Assembly (NCBI GenBank): GCA_963772455.1
Contig: CAVYXJ010000010.1
Location: forward strand, 320,001 to 384,000
Source of the DNA: Candidatus Bathyarchaeota archaeon
GTDB taxonomy: Archaea > Thermoproteota > Bathyarchaeia > Bathyarchaeales > Bathycorpusculaceae
Length of the DNA: 64,000 bases
Direction: 5' to 3'
Under the pieces are notes generated by a model. The model was not told the origin of the DNA and did not search any database. It saw only the letters and a program-made list of their open reading frames with translations. Position numbers and translations under genes: made by a program. Below are positions 51,929-61,636 of this stretch, in pieces; position 1 is the stretch's first letter; every line of letters starts with the position of its first letter.

Positions 51929-52783
51929 TTGCCGACAATTCGGCGTCCACATTTTGCTTCTCAATTTTATGAGGGCGACGCCGAAGCATTAAGAGCACAA
52001 ATTAGCTCTTGTTTTCTCCACAAGCTTGGTCCAAAAAAACTTCCCAAAGTCAATTTTGATGTACACCCACGAAATATCGTGGGCTTAATTTGTCCACATG
52101 CAGGCTACATGTATTCTGGTCCTGTGGCAGCTTCAGCTTTTTACGAATTAGCCATAGATGGCAAACCTGATACGGTTGTGCTTTTAGGTCCAAACCACAC
52201 AGGTTACGGAAGCGCTTTAGCATTGATGCGTGAGGGAGTTTGGCGCACACCGCTTGGCGATGTTGAAATCGACTCTGAGTTAGCTGACAAGATTCTGCAA
52301 GAAACCAACCTAATTGATGCCGATGAGTTGGCTCATCGATACGAACATTCAATCGAAGTTCAACTGCCTTTTCTTCAATTCCTATACGGCGACAAATTCA
52401 AGATTGTGCCAATTTGCTTTCAATTGCAGGATTACGAATCAGCAGTCGAAGTAGGAATGGCCCTCACAGAAGCGTTAGCAGAAACAAACACAGTTGTTAT
52501 CGCTTCATCTGACATGACCCATTACGAACCAGCAAAAGCTGCCTCGACAAAAGATCAAGCAGCACTCAAAGCAGTCACAGACATGGATGCCAAACGTTTC
52601 TACGAAACAGTTGAAACCCAAAACATAACAGCATGCGGTTTTATGCCAATTACTTCCCTAATCACTTATGCTAATGGCGTTGGCGCAAAAGAAGCCAAAA
52701 TTTTGAGTTACCATAACAGCGGCGACATAACAGGCGACCACTCAAGCGTCGTAGGCTATGCAGCAGTAAGTTTCAAAAAATAG
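51929..52783 (+). CDS. MEMO1-family (AmmeMemoRadiSam B) protein
   Basis: PHAGYMYSG, GPNHTG, TPLG, EHSIEVQLPFLQ, SSDMTHY, VGYA. Confidence 0.94.
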   Translation: MPTIRRPHFASQFYEGDAEALRAQISSCFLHKLGPKKLPKVNFDVHPRNIVGLICPHAGYMYSGPVAASAFYELAIDGKPDTVVLLGPNHTGYGSALALMREGVWRTPLGDVEIDSELADKILQETNLIDADELAHRYEHSIEVQLPFLQFLYGDKFKIVPICFQLQDYESAVEVGMALTEALAETNTVVIASSDMTHYEPAKAASTKDQAALKAVTDMDAKRFYETVETQNITACGFMPITSLITYANGVGAKEAKILSYHNSGDITGDHSSVVGYAAVSFKK

Positions 52784-52784
52784 T

Positions 52785-55093
52785 TTATGTATGAAAATTG
52801 TAAAGTGAATTTTGTTCCTTTTCCCAGTTCACTCTCAAAAGTTACAGTGCCATTCATTGCTTCAGTCATGCGTTTAACAACTGGTAAGCCGAAGCCTTGA
52901 CCTTTAGATTTTGTCGTCATCAAGGGGTGAAGAGTTTGCTTTGAACTTCTTTGGGTATTCCTTCTCCTGTGTCTTCAACGTCAATTTTGATTAGGTGCTT
53001 TTGACTGGTTGCACTTATCGTGAGGTTTCCGCCTTTAGGCATCGCTTGTACTGCATTTTGGATTAAGTTTACAAGAATGCGTTTTATCATCATTGAGTCA
53101 GCGGTGAATTGAGGTAAATTGTCTGCAGAAGGCATTGATACTTTGATGTTTTCAGGAACCGGAACGATTGCCAATGCTTCTTTGATGGTTTTTTCCAAAT
53201 CAATTTGTTCTTTCTTGGGGTCTAAGGGTCTGGCAAAATCTTGCAAATCCGCCACTATCTTGTTTATGTAAACTAAATTTTCTTCAATGCCTCGGATGCT
53301 CTCTAACAAGTTTTCTTTGGCTTCACCGTCTTGTAATGAGTCAACCTCTAATTTTTCTAAGTAAAGTTCACTAGTTATCGCTTGCAACGGGTTACGGATA
53401 TCATGACCAACCATGCCAGCAGTCTGACCAATAGCTGCCAAACGCTCGGCATCTTTGAGTTTTTTTGCCCTGTCTTCAGCTAACTCTTCCATTTGAGAAG
53501 CATACTCTTGGACTTCTGCAGCTTTTTCTTCAAGTTTCCCCTGTAGATCTTTTTGGTTGTAGAGGGATTTCGCTAGTTTAAGGTTAGCATAGCTTATTTT
53601 TGAAATCAACTCTGACAATCTAGAATAGAAAACCATTAGGTCCTGGATTTTTTCTCGGCTAAACCTTGGAATGCGATCAAACGCCTGCAAGGTACTCTTC
53701 TTTATTGAAACCGTATTTTTCTGCTTGGGCAACGAATAAAGCGCGGTCAACTTTTTCGTCTTCAAAGAAGAATTGTCCAAAGAAAACGTTAGCAACATGA
53801 TTGCCACCAATAAATAGAGGTGTAACTACATCCCACATGTTGTTTTTGCATTTGTAGAGGCGGATTTCGCCGTTTTTAAGTCCGCTTGTGAGTTCAATGT
53901 CGCTTTCAATACAGTTTTTGCAGGTATTAGGATTTACCCGGTGGAATTTGGTGCATATGTCTTGCCATCCGGTGCCTACAAGTACGTTTCCTTTCAGGTC
54001 AATTAATGCAAAACCCATTTTCGTAACCTCATAGAGGTTATTCATGGTTGCTTGCAGTTTAGGTACGTCTATTATGTTAGCTATGTCTTCTTCGGCTAAT
54101 TCTACATCAGGCGAAAGGACGGAATCTAATTTTAATTGCAGTCGTTCTTCACTTTCTCGCAGTTCCTCTTCGGTAGATTCCCGTTCAGTAATCTCTTGCT
54201 CTAATCGTTTATTGACGGTTGAAAGTTCTTGTGCGCGGTTTGCCAATGTGGTTTCGCTTTGTTTTAGGTTACGGAACAACAGTTCGTAGGGTTTAGTTAA
54301 GCCTGTTTCGAATTAGTGCTCTGTAGATGAAGTAGAAGGAGACAACGTTAAGCAGATGTCCAACCATGTTTGCGATGCCGTAAACGTCTGTGTAGAGCGT
54401 GAAGGCCATTTCTGTGGCAACTGCCAACGCCATAGCAGTTAACAGAAGTTTGTAGATGTTTGAGCTGAATTCTTTGCGTTTCTTAATTAAAATGCCGATT
54501 GATGCCAGAATTATTATTGAAATGGTGTATTCGCTGCCTATTTTAAAAAACGTCAAACTCGAAGTGTTGTTATCGTATGCAACTGGAAAATTTTGCCAAA
54601 CAAAAATTGAAACAAGAAGCAAAGCTGCAACTATACCGTAACCAACAATGATTATAGTTGGTTTAATTTTGCGTTGGGTAAATAGCAATGGAATTAGAAA
54701 TGAGAAACCAAGTACGTATCTTGTTGCGATCCAAAGTTGAGTTGCAAGGTTAGAACCTATAAAACTTGGAAAAATCCCCATTCCTTTGTAGGCTAAAGCA
54801 TGGAATACGTCCAGTCCAGCGACAAAGAGAAATGCTATGCCAATGAATACGAAATAGTTGTTGTCTACTAAGCGTCTGCTGTTCCATGCAATTGCAAAGA
54901 TGGCGAAGGCAATGACGATGCTGAAGATTTCTACGATGCCGTGGAAAAGTAGGTAGTTTTGTCGACTTAAAAAGTACAAGGCACCTAAACTTATTGCCCC
55001 AGCAGTGATGACGACAGCGTTCTTTATGTTGGCTGTTTTCTTTAGGTTCTTTGTTTCTATGGCGGCACCTAAACTTTGGTCTTCAGAAGACAT
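52785..55093 (-). CDS. Sensor histidine kinase MASE3-PocR-HisKA-HATPase (frameshifted into about 4 pieces; 3' end approximate)
   Basis: NYLLFHGIVE/TQLWIATR (MASE3), GWQDICTKFHR..YKCKNNMWD (PocR), HDIRNPL, NLIQNA, DTGEG, TTKSKGQGFGL. Confidence 0.85.
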
Positions 55094-55227
55094 AGACTCT
55101 TTTATTCTCTCCCAATGGAAATTGTAATTGACTATTATTCGATTAAGTGGTTTAAAAATATGCCCAAAAACTTTGCAAAAAGTTGTCGCAAAAAATATCG
55201 TTAAAATCAGCTTAAACCGATTATGCC

Positions 55228-55996
55228 CTAATATTTCTTTAATAGTTTTTCGAAGAAGGCTTTGGACTTAGCAATTTCTTCCATGGACGTTTTATGTTCC
55301 AGTTCCAACGTAATTGGACCTTCGTAGCCGCAGTCATGCAGCTTTAGTGAGGAACCTTGTTAGTTCTGGAGTTTCCTGCGTGAATGGTTTATGCGCCTTG
55401 TTTGCCATGTGAACATTGCAAACGCGCTTGCCATATGCATCAAGCAAATTATCCATTTCTTTAGTTTCTAATGCATGGCATAAATCAAACGTAATTCCCA
55501 TCTCACCCTCTGGATCAATTACTCCGAGGACTTCTTCTAGCTGTTCAACGTTCTTGCCAAACCCAGTTGACGTATAAGATAAATTCTCTAAAGCCAACTT
55601 GATACCGAGGCTTTTTGCAAACGGTTTAATTTCATCAAAAACTTCCCTCAAACACTTTTCCCTGACTTGTCTGGGCAACTTCTTTGAAACATTCGAATGA
55701 ACAGTCATAAGCGGAGCATGGAGTGCGCGGGCACATTCAAGCGAGATTTTGCCATAATAAACCGCCTGATGAACCTCAATAGGATCTTTCACATGCATAA
55801 CCGCTGAATGAAGCGTTAAACAATTCAAGCCTGAAGCTGCCAACGCTTTTTGTTCACGATAAACATCCGTGTCATGTTCTTTCTTGATTGATTTCATGTT
55901 AAACTCAATGTTTTGAAAACCAAGTTGCTTAACGGCAGCAAAGTTTCCATCTAAACGCAGCTTGCAGAAAATCCCATTTGACAAACTCAGTTTCAT
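55228..55996 (-). CDS. Sugar phosphate isomerase/epimerase (xylose isomerase-like TIM barrel), 3' frameshift
   Basis: LALENL, TFDLCH, VHMAN; shifted frame gives GYEGPITLE..KKY*. Confidence 0.78.
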
Positions 55997-56179
55997 ATAG
56001 TAAGTCTTCTCTGCTATTTTAGTTGCATTTTAGTTCATTTAAAAGTTGTTGGTAGAAAAAATTTTTTCTGATTCCTATTCTTCTTGGTTAGCAAAGCTTG
56101 ATGGATTCGACCTGTATCTACATTTGGTTGCATAATAGTTAATTTCTTCAACATCTAATATCCTGTTGGTGTCGAAATA

Positions 56180-56473
56180 GTGGAAGTTAAAGTTCGTTTC
56201 TTCACTAACCTTCGAGAAATCGTGAATAAAGAGAAGAAACTTTAAAGTTTCCAGACGACGAAAAAGTTACAGTCGATCTGGTTCTTGAAAACACTTTCTA
56301 AAAAATACGGCAAACCTTTCACTGAATATGTCTACAATGCGAAACGGGGCAGCCTAAAAATTTTCTTCAATTTCTCGTTAACGGAACAAGCACCTCAACA
56401 CTCAAAGGTTTAGAAACTGATGCTTAAGGATGCAGCTGTTTTGGCTATTCTTCCACCTGTCGGCGGTGGCTAA
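56180..56473 (+). CDS. MoaD/SAMP ubiquitin-like sulfur carrier (frameshifted; absent from the ORF track)
   Basis: GTG-EVKVRFFTNLREIV..FLVNG..GLET..LAILPPVGGG*. Confidence 0.8.
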
Positions 56474-56667
56474 AGAAATTGTATCTTCCGCGAAACTATT
56501 GTCCCTCATCAAACATATCTCGTGAATTAATTTTTCACAATTTTTTTGGAAAAATTTATCTCAGTGCTTTGTCCTGCAAATTCTTTAATCATGGAATAAT
56601 TTAAAATAACTCCTCTTGTTTATATCAAAGAAACACATAAGAAAAGACGCAAGGAAGAAAATAAGAC

Positions 56668-56868
56668 ATGAGCGAAGAAGGCGACACATTCTGGGTTTCA
56701 CTAACTGAAAGAATCTTTGGATTACTCCTCATAGTAATTGGTGCAGTAATGCTTTATTACACCGCAACAAGCCCCGATCTGGGACCATTTGGTGTTCTCT
56801 TTGGCGCTCTAAGCGTTATTCTAATGCTTTTGGGCATTTTCCTGCTTATTGTCAAACCGCCAAAATAG
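56668..56868 (+). CDS. Small two-TM membrane protein
   Basis: 66 aa, two hydrophobic helices. Confidence 0.65.
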   Translation: MSEEGDTFWVSLTERIFGLLLIVIGAVMLYYTATSPDLGPFGVLFGALSVILMLLGIFLLIVKPPK

Positions 56869-56876
56869 ACTTGCTT

Positions 56877-57194
56877 CTATTCTCTTCTTTCAACAATAAT
56901 TTTGCAATTAGTAACTAAAGCAGCTATTACGCCTAAAGCTGCTAACCAAGGAGCCACAACCGCGCCAACAACCCCCAGGGTTGCAGGAATTTCTAGCAAA
57001 GTTTTTCCTGCTTCATCTTTTACAATCACTCGCGTTACGTTTCCTTCATGTAGCAACTCTCTAACACGATCAACAAGGTTATTGCCAGAAACCGTGAATT
57101 CTTCACTTGTAAATTTGGGCACAGCAGTTCCGCAAACCGCACAAAACTTGTCGCCTTCCTTTAATGGAGCTCCACATTTAACGCAATAAGGCAA
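56877..57194 (-). CDS. Zinc-ribbon + DUF4342 protein
   Basis: YCVKCG..KFCAVCG; EEFTV..HEGNVTR..LEIP..LAALG. Confidence 0.85.
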   Translation of the reverse strand: MPYCVKCGAPLKEGDKFCAVCGTAVPKFTSEEFTVSGNNLVDRVRELLHEGNVTRVIVKDEAGKTLLEIPATLGVVGAVVAPWLAALGVIAALVTNCKIIVERRE

Positions 57195-57354
57195 AATAAT
57201 TCACCAAATAAAAAAACACGACAGAAAATAAAAACTTTCCTTTATAGAGCAAAAACTATACAAACAAGGTATAACAAACATAAAATTGAATTACTGTTAA
57301 TCAGTACTCACATAATATCGGACAATCATTAATTGTGAAAGGAGAAAATTTGAG

Positions 57355-59139
57355 ATGCCCACGCGCCAACCAATAGTCTGTGTTCTCGGACATGTAGATA
57401 CAGGCAAAACCTCGCTTCTTGACGAACTGAGAAAAACAAATGTTCAAGGACGCGAAGCAGGAGGAATGACCCAGCACATAGGCGCAAGTTACTTTCCTGT
57501 TGAAACCCTAAAACAACTAATCGGTCCCTACATGTCTACCTTTAAAACCGGAATAGAAATTCCAGGTTTACTTATAGTTGATACTCCCGGACACGAAGCC
57601 TTCACGAATTTGAGACGCAGAGGCGGGAGCGTTGCTGACATTGCAATTCTCGTAGTAGATATTTTGAAGGGTTTTGAAGCTCAAACCTTCGAGTGCATAG
57701 AAATTCTAAAGGCACGTAAAACACCTTTTATCGTAGCAGTCAACAAAATCGACCGCATACCTGGCTGGAAAGCTCATCCATCAACTCCCTTCCTAAAATC
57801 CTACGAACAACAAAGCAGTTTTGTTCAAGAAGACTTCAACAATCGCCTCTACCAAGTCATGGGAGAATTCTCACGGTTAAGCTTCAAAACCGACAGATTT
57901 GACCACATCCGAGACTTCACCCAAAACCTTGCTTTAGTGCCAACAAGCGCAAAAACAGGAGAAGGCTTATCTGAATTAATCATGGTTTTAGTCGGGTTAA
58001 CTCAACAATTTCTAAAAGTACGTTTACAGACCACAGATGGAGCGGCGAAAGGCTCTGTGCTGGAAGTTAAAGATGAACAAGGCTTAGGCTTAACTCTCAA
58101 CGCTATCATCTATGACGGTACCCTGCATAGAGACGATTTAATCGTTGTTGGTGGACGTGATGGTCCAATTTCGGCGCGTGTTCGAGGGATTTTGGTGCCA
58201 AAACCATTAGATGAGATGCGTGATCCTCGTGATAAATTTACAAGTGTTGAATGCGTTTACGCCTCGGCAGGTGTTAAGATTGTTGCACCTGACTTAGCAG
58301 GTGCGTTAGCTGGTGCACCCTTATTTGCTGTGCCCACTGGCGAAGATCCAGCAAAATACTGCAAACTAATCACAGAGGAAATAGGACGAATCAGAATTAC
58401 AAAGGAAATTGCAGGCGTCATCGTAAAAGCAGACACTTTAGGTTCCTTGGAAGCAATGGCCGAAATTCTCAAAGCCCATAATGTACAGGTACGCATAGCC
58501 GACATCGGAGATATCAGCAAACGCGACGTCATAGAGGCATCTGTAGTAAAGACACATGAACCTTTAGTTGGGGCAATTTTGGCTTTTGGAGTAAAAACCT
58601 TACCCGACGCAGAAACAGAAGCCGCCGCCACCAACGTTCCAATCTTTAAAGAACCCATCATTTACAACTTAATTGACAAATACTTAGCATGGGTCAAGGA
58701 TAAACGTGAATCGAAAAACGAACAGGAATTCGATGCACTCGTTAAACCTGGAAAACTCATGGTTTTGCCCAACTGCATTTTCCGCCGTGCCAAACCAGCG
58801 ATATTCGGAGTAGAAATTTTAGCTGGACGCATAAAACCCAGAATTGCTCTTATGCGTGCAGAAGACCACTCTGATTTAGGTGAATTGCAACAAATCCAGG
58901 ATAAAGGCAAAGCCATCGGAGAAGCCAAAGTAGGCGCTGAAGTGGCAGTTTCAATGGATAAACCTATTGCGGGCAGACACATATTTGAGAAGGATATTCT
59001 GTACGTAAAAGTGCCTGAAGATGACGCTAAAAAATTGCTAACTGAACACATGGACGATTTAACCAGTGATGAACAAGAGCTTCTCAAAGAATTCATTGCT
59101 TTCATGCGCAAAAAGACATTGTTCTGGGCAGGCGTTTAA
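57355..59139 (+). CDS. infB: Translation initiation factor aIF5B (IF-2)
   Basis: GHVDTGKT, EAGGMTQHIG, DTPGH, NKID, KADTLGSLEA. Confidence 0.97.
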   Translation: MPTRQPIVCVLGHVDTGKTSLLDELRKTNVQGREAGGMTQHIGASYFPVETLKQLIGPYMSTFKTGIEIPGLLIVDTPGHEAFTNLRRRGGSVADIAILVVDILKGFEAQTFECIEILKARKTPFIVAVNKIDRIPGWKAHPSTPFLKSYEQQSSFVQEDFNNRLYQVMGEFSRLSFKTDRFDHIRDFTQNLALVPTSAKTGEGLSELIMVLVGLTQQFLKVRLQTTDGAAKGSVLEVKDEQGLGLTLNAIIYDGTLHRDDLIVVGGRDGPISARVRGILVPKPLDEMRDPRDKFTSVECVYASAGVKIVAPDLAGALAGAPLFAVPTGEDPAKYCKLITEEIGRIRITKEIAGVIVKADTLGSLEAMAEILKAHNVQVRIADIGDISKRDVIEASVVKTHEPLVGAILAFGVKTLPDAETEAAATNVPIFKEPIIYNLIDKYLAWVKDKRESKNEQEFDALVKPGKLMVLPNCIFRRAKPAIFGVEILAGRIKPRIALMRAEDHSDLGELQQIQDKGKAIGEAKVGAEVAVSMDKPIAGRHIFEKDILYVKVPEDDAKKLLTEHMDDLTSDEQELLKEFIAFMRKKTLFWAGV

Positions 59140-59194
59140 CGCCCAACATATTCTTGTCAAATCCTAAGCTTTCATTTCGTTGCCGAACTTCTTT

Positions 59195-60259
59195 TTAACC
59201 GATTAATTTCTTTATTATAGGCACTCTTCTTAAGGGAAGAATCACTCCAAGACAAATAAGAAGAGTAACTATCGAGATCAAAGGAACTTCTATAATGGAA
59301 TTCAAGTTGTTTCCGCTGATTGTGAAACCCCATAAGTAACCTCGTTGCAGCGTTTCAAGTACAATCACATGGAATAGGAAGATTGCTAACGTGCTTTGGC
59401 TAATTTGTTTAATAATCCAATTGATTTTTGATTCATGTGTCTCTGTTTTGTTTATTGGAGCTTTAATTGTGTTTAAGAGTAGGAAAAACGCTGCCGACGC
59501 TAAAATCATTGTTGGGCTAAAGTAATCATGAAAATAATATGTGTTTGGTCCTCCAACAGTGGCGGCTATAACATAGGTGCCGACTAAAGTCAACACTAAT
59601 CCAAGAGTTGTAAGACCCAATAGAATACGGCGTTGTACCTTAACATTCATGAGGAATACTCCAAGCATAAAATATCCAACCCACAAAGGAAGCGAAAGCA
59701 AGTTACCATCTACATAGAATGCTCCAAAAAGACCTGGAATTGGAATGATGAAGGCTGTTAAGAGCCACACCACAAGAAAATACTTGAAAGTTTGCCGATC
59801 AATATGAGCCACAACTATGCGCAGAATTGGGGTCAATAAGTACAAACCCACAATCATGTAAAGATACCAAAAATGGTAATACGGACCCGACAATATTCCT
59901 TGAAAAACGAAGCTTGATGTAAGCGCAAGATTGTCAGCATAATAGTCCCAAGCAAAATATATGACGCCCCAAAACAAGAAAGGTAAACCAATCCGATTCC
60001 ACCGCTTCCTAAAAAAAACACTTAACGACTCAATCTTTGAAGGTTGAAGCAGCAGAGCACCTGTTAACATAACAAATAAAGGAACTCCCGTTCGCCCTAA
60101 AGTCTGGTAAACATTAACCATCCACCAGCGATAAATTTCAGTCTGATTCATAACTTGAGGAACAATTGCTTCATTTGCAGCATGGAGAGTAATAACGCCA
60201 ATGATGGCTATTGCACGAATTAGGTCTGCAGGTACAGCTCGAATTCGCTCTTGAATCAG
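59195..60259 (-). CDS. Acyltransferase-3 (WecH/OafA-like) membrane O-acyltransferase
   Basis: In-frame extension from CTG 60259 restores DLIRAIAIIGVITLH; VPLFVMLTGALLL, HFWYLY, IFLFH. Confidence 0.85.
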   Translation of the reverse strand: MIQERIRAVPADLIRAIAIIGVITLHAANEAIVPQVMNQTEIYRWWMVNVYQTLGRTGVPLFVMLTGALLLQPSKIESLSVFFRKRWNRIGLPFLFWGVIYFAWDYYADNLALTSSFVFQGILSGPYYHFWYLYMIVGLYLLTPILRIVVAHIDRQTFKYFLVVWLLTAFIIPIPGLFGAFYVDGNLLSLPLWVGYFMLGVFLMNVKVQRRILLGLTTLGLVLTLVGTYVIAATVGGPNTYYFHDYFSPTMILASAAFFLLLNTIKAPINKTETHESKINWIIKQISQSTLAIFLFHVIVLETLQRGYLWGFTISGNNLNSIIEVPLISIVTLLICLGVILPLRRVPIIKKLIG

Positions 60260-60387
60260 ATTAATCCACTCTTACCCAATCCTTCTTTGAAGGCATTATA
60301 GGCTAATAAGATTTAACTTACAAAACACAGAAAAATTATTTTTTAGGATTTGAAAAATGTTGCACAATATGTTTAAAGTGGATTTTT

Positions 60388-61038
60388 TCAAATTATTGCC
60401 TTGTAAATTTCGTTAGCAATCAATATTGCGCCCTGCTCATCTGGATGGACTCCGTCACGGAACAATTCAGAATAATTAGCCAAAGCTGAGTATACATCTA
60501 TTATCGGCAAATTAGTTTGATTTGCTACCTGTTCAATTTGAGGAATTACATAGTTTGTGAAGTATTCAGCACTTGGAGTTGTTCCATTGCAAAAAATCGG
60601 CGGCGGCTTCACAAGATAAATCTTCGGCTTACTGGAAAGTGATTGGAATTCCTCAACCAACTTTACATAGTCTTTTACAAAACTTTCATTGTTTGTTCGG
60701 ATAAGTGGGTTAGCGTCGTTTGTTCCCAACATAATAATGACAATATTTGGCTTGAATTCTTTTGCTTCTTGAAATTCGCTATTATTGACGTAGGGATTCC
60801 AAGAATCAAGTGAAGCTGTAGACCCTCCAACACCAAAGGTCCCAACCGTATAGTTTGCGCTGCCAAGTAACATCCAAAGGTCTCCCGGGTACTGAGTTCC
60901 TCCAGTGATGCTATCGCCCACACAGGCAACTCGAATTTTATCTTTATCTCCTGTAGATAACATGTAAAACGTCGTTGCTCCTGACAATAAAGCCAGAATT
61001 ATTAATGCAATTGCCAACAACATTAATTTCTTATTCAT
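60388..61038 (-). CDS. Membrane-anchored SGNH/GDSL hydrolase
   Basis: N-terminal TM helix; GDSIT, FGVGG, GTND, DGVHP. Confidence 0.9.
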   Translation of the reverse strand: MNKKLMLLAIALIILALLSGATTFYMLSTGDKDKIRVACVGDSITGGTQYPGDLWMLLGSANYTVGTFGVGGSTASLDSWNPYVNNSEFQEAKEFKPNIVIIMLGTNDANPLIRTNNESFVKDYVKLVEEFQSLSSKPKIYLVKPPPIFCNGTTPSAEYFTNYVIPQIEQVANQTNLPIIDVYSALANYSELFRDGVHPDEQGAILIANEIYKAII

Positions 61039-61263
61039 TTTCTTTCTCGTTAAACTAAATACTATTTTTTTATCCCATTAATCTGTTGTGGATTTACGAA
61101 GAATTAATAACAGACATCGAACCAAGCAGAAAAACAAAGATTTTGATAATTTGCTATCATTAAGGTCAAACAACAATCAAAGAGATCTTTTACAATAAAA
61201 CTTTAAATTGTGCAAGACTCAGAGAAAAGGTGCAAACCAGACATTAAAAACTGGTTTTTGTTT

Positions 61264-61373
61264 GCCGAGGTATCCTAGCCAGGCAGGGAGCAAGCCTGGA
61301 GATTCCCTTTGGGGAACCACATAGCTTGTGGCCTTTCGGGGCCGCGGGGGTTCAAATCCCCCTCTCGGCGCCA
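61264..61373 (+). tRNA. tRNA-Ser(GGA) with 21-nt intron (61302-61322) at position 37/38, CCA encoded
   Basis: GCCGAGG/TCTCGGC acceptor, CAAGC-CTGGAG[intron]A-GCTTG, long variable arm, GGGGG-TTCAAAT-CCCCC, discriminator G73. Confidence 0.93.
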
Positions 61374-61636
61374 TTTTTTATGGTTGTTTTTAAGGCTATT
61401 CTAGCTAATAGCTGCTATTTTTGCTTATTTGGCAATACCTCTAAAATCAAGCTTTATTCGTTGCGAATTTTTACTGGTGAGAAAATTAGGTATTTTAATT
61501 AATTATAGACCTGCCGAATGCAATTTAAGATTAGTAAATGCTTGACATTTATTGGCACGGCGTTTTCATGGCTTCGATATTGTCTACGAAAGCTATTTAC
61601 GTTAAAACAATTAAGTGAATGAGTAGGTGCATTATT

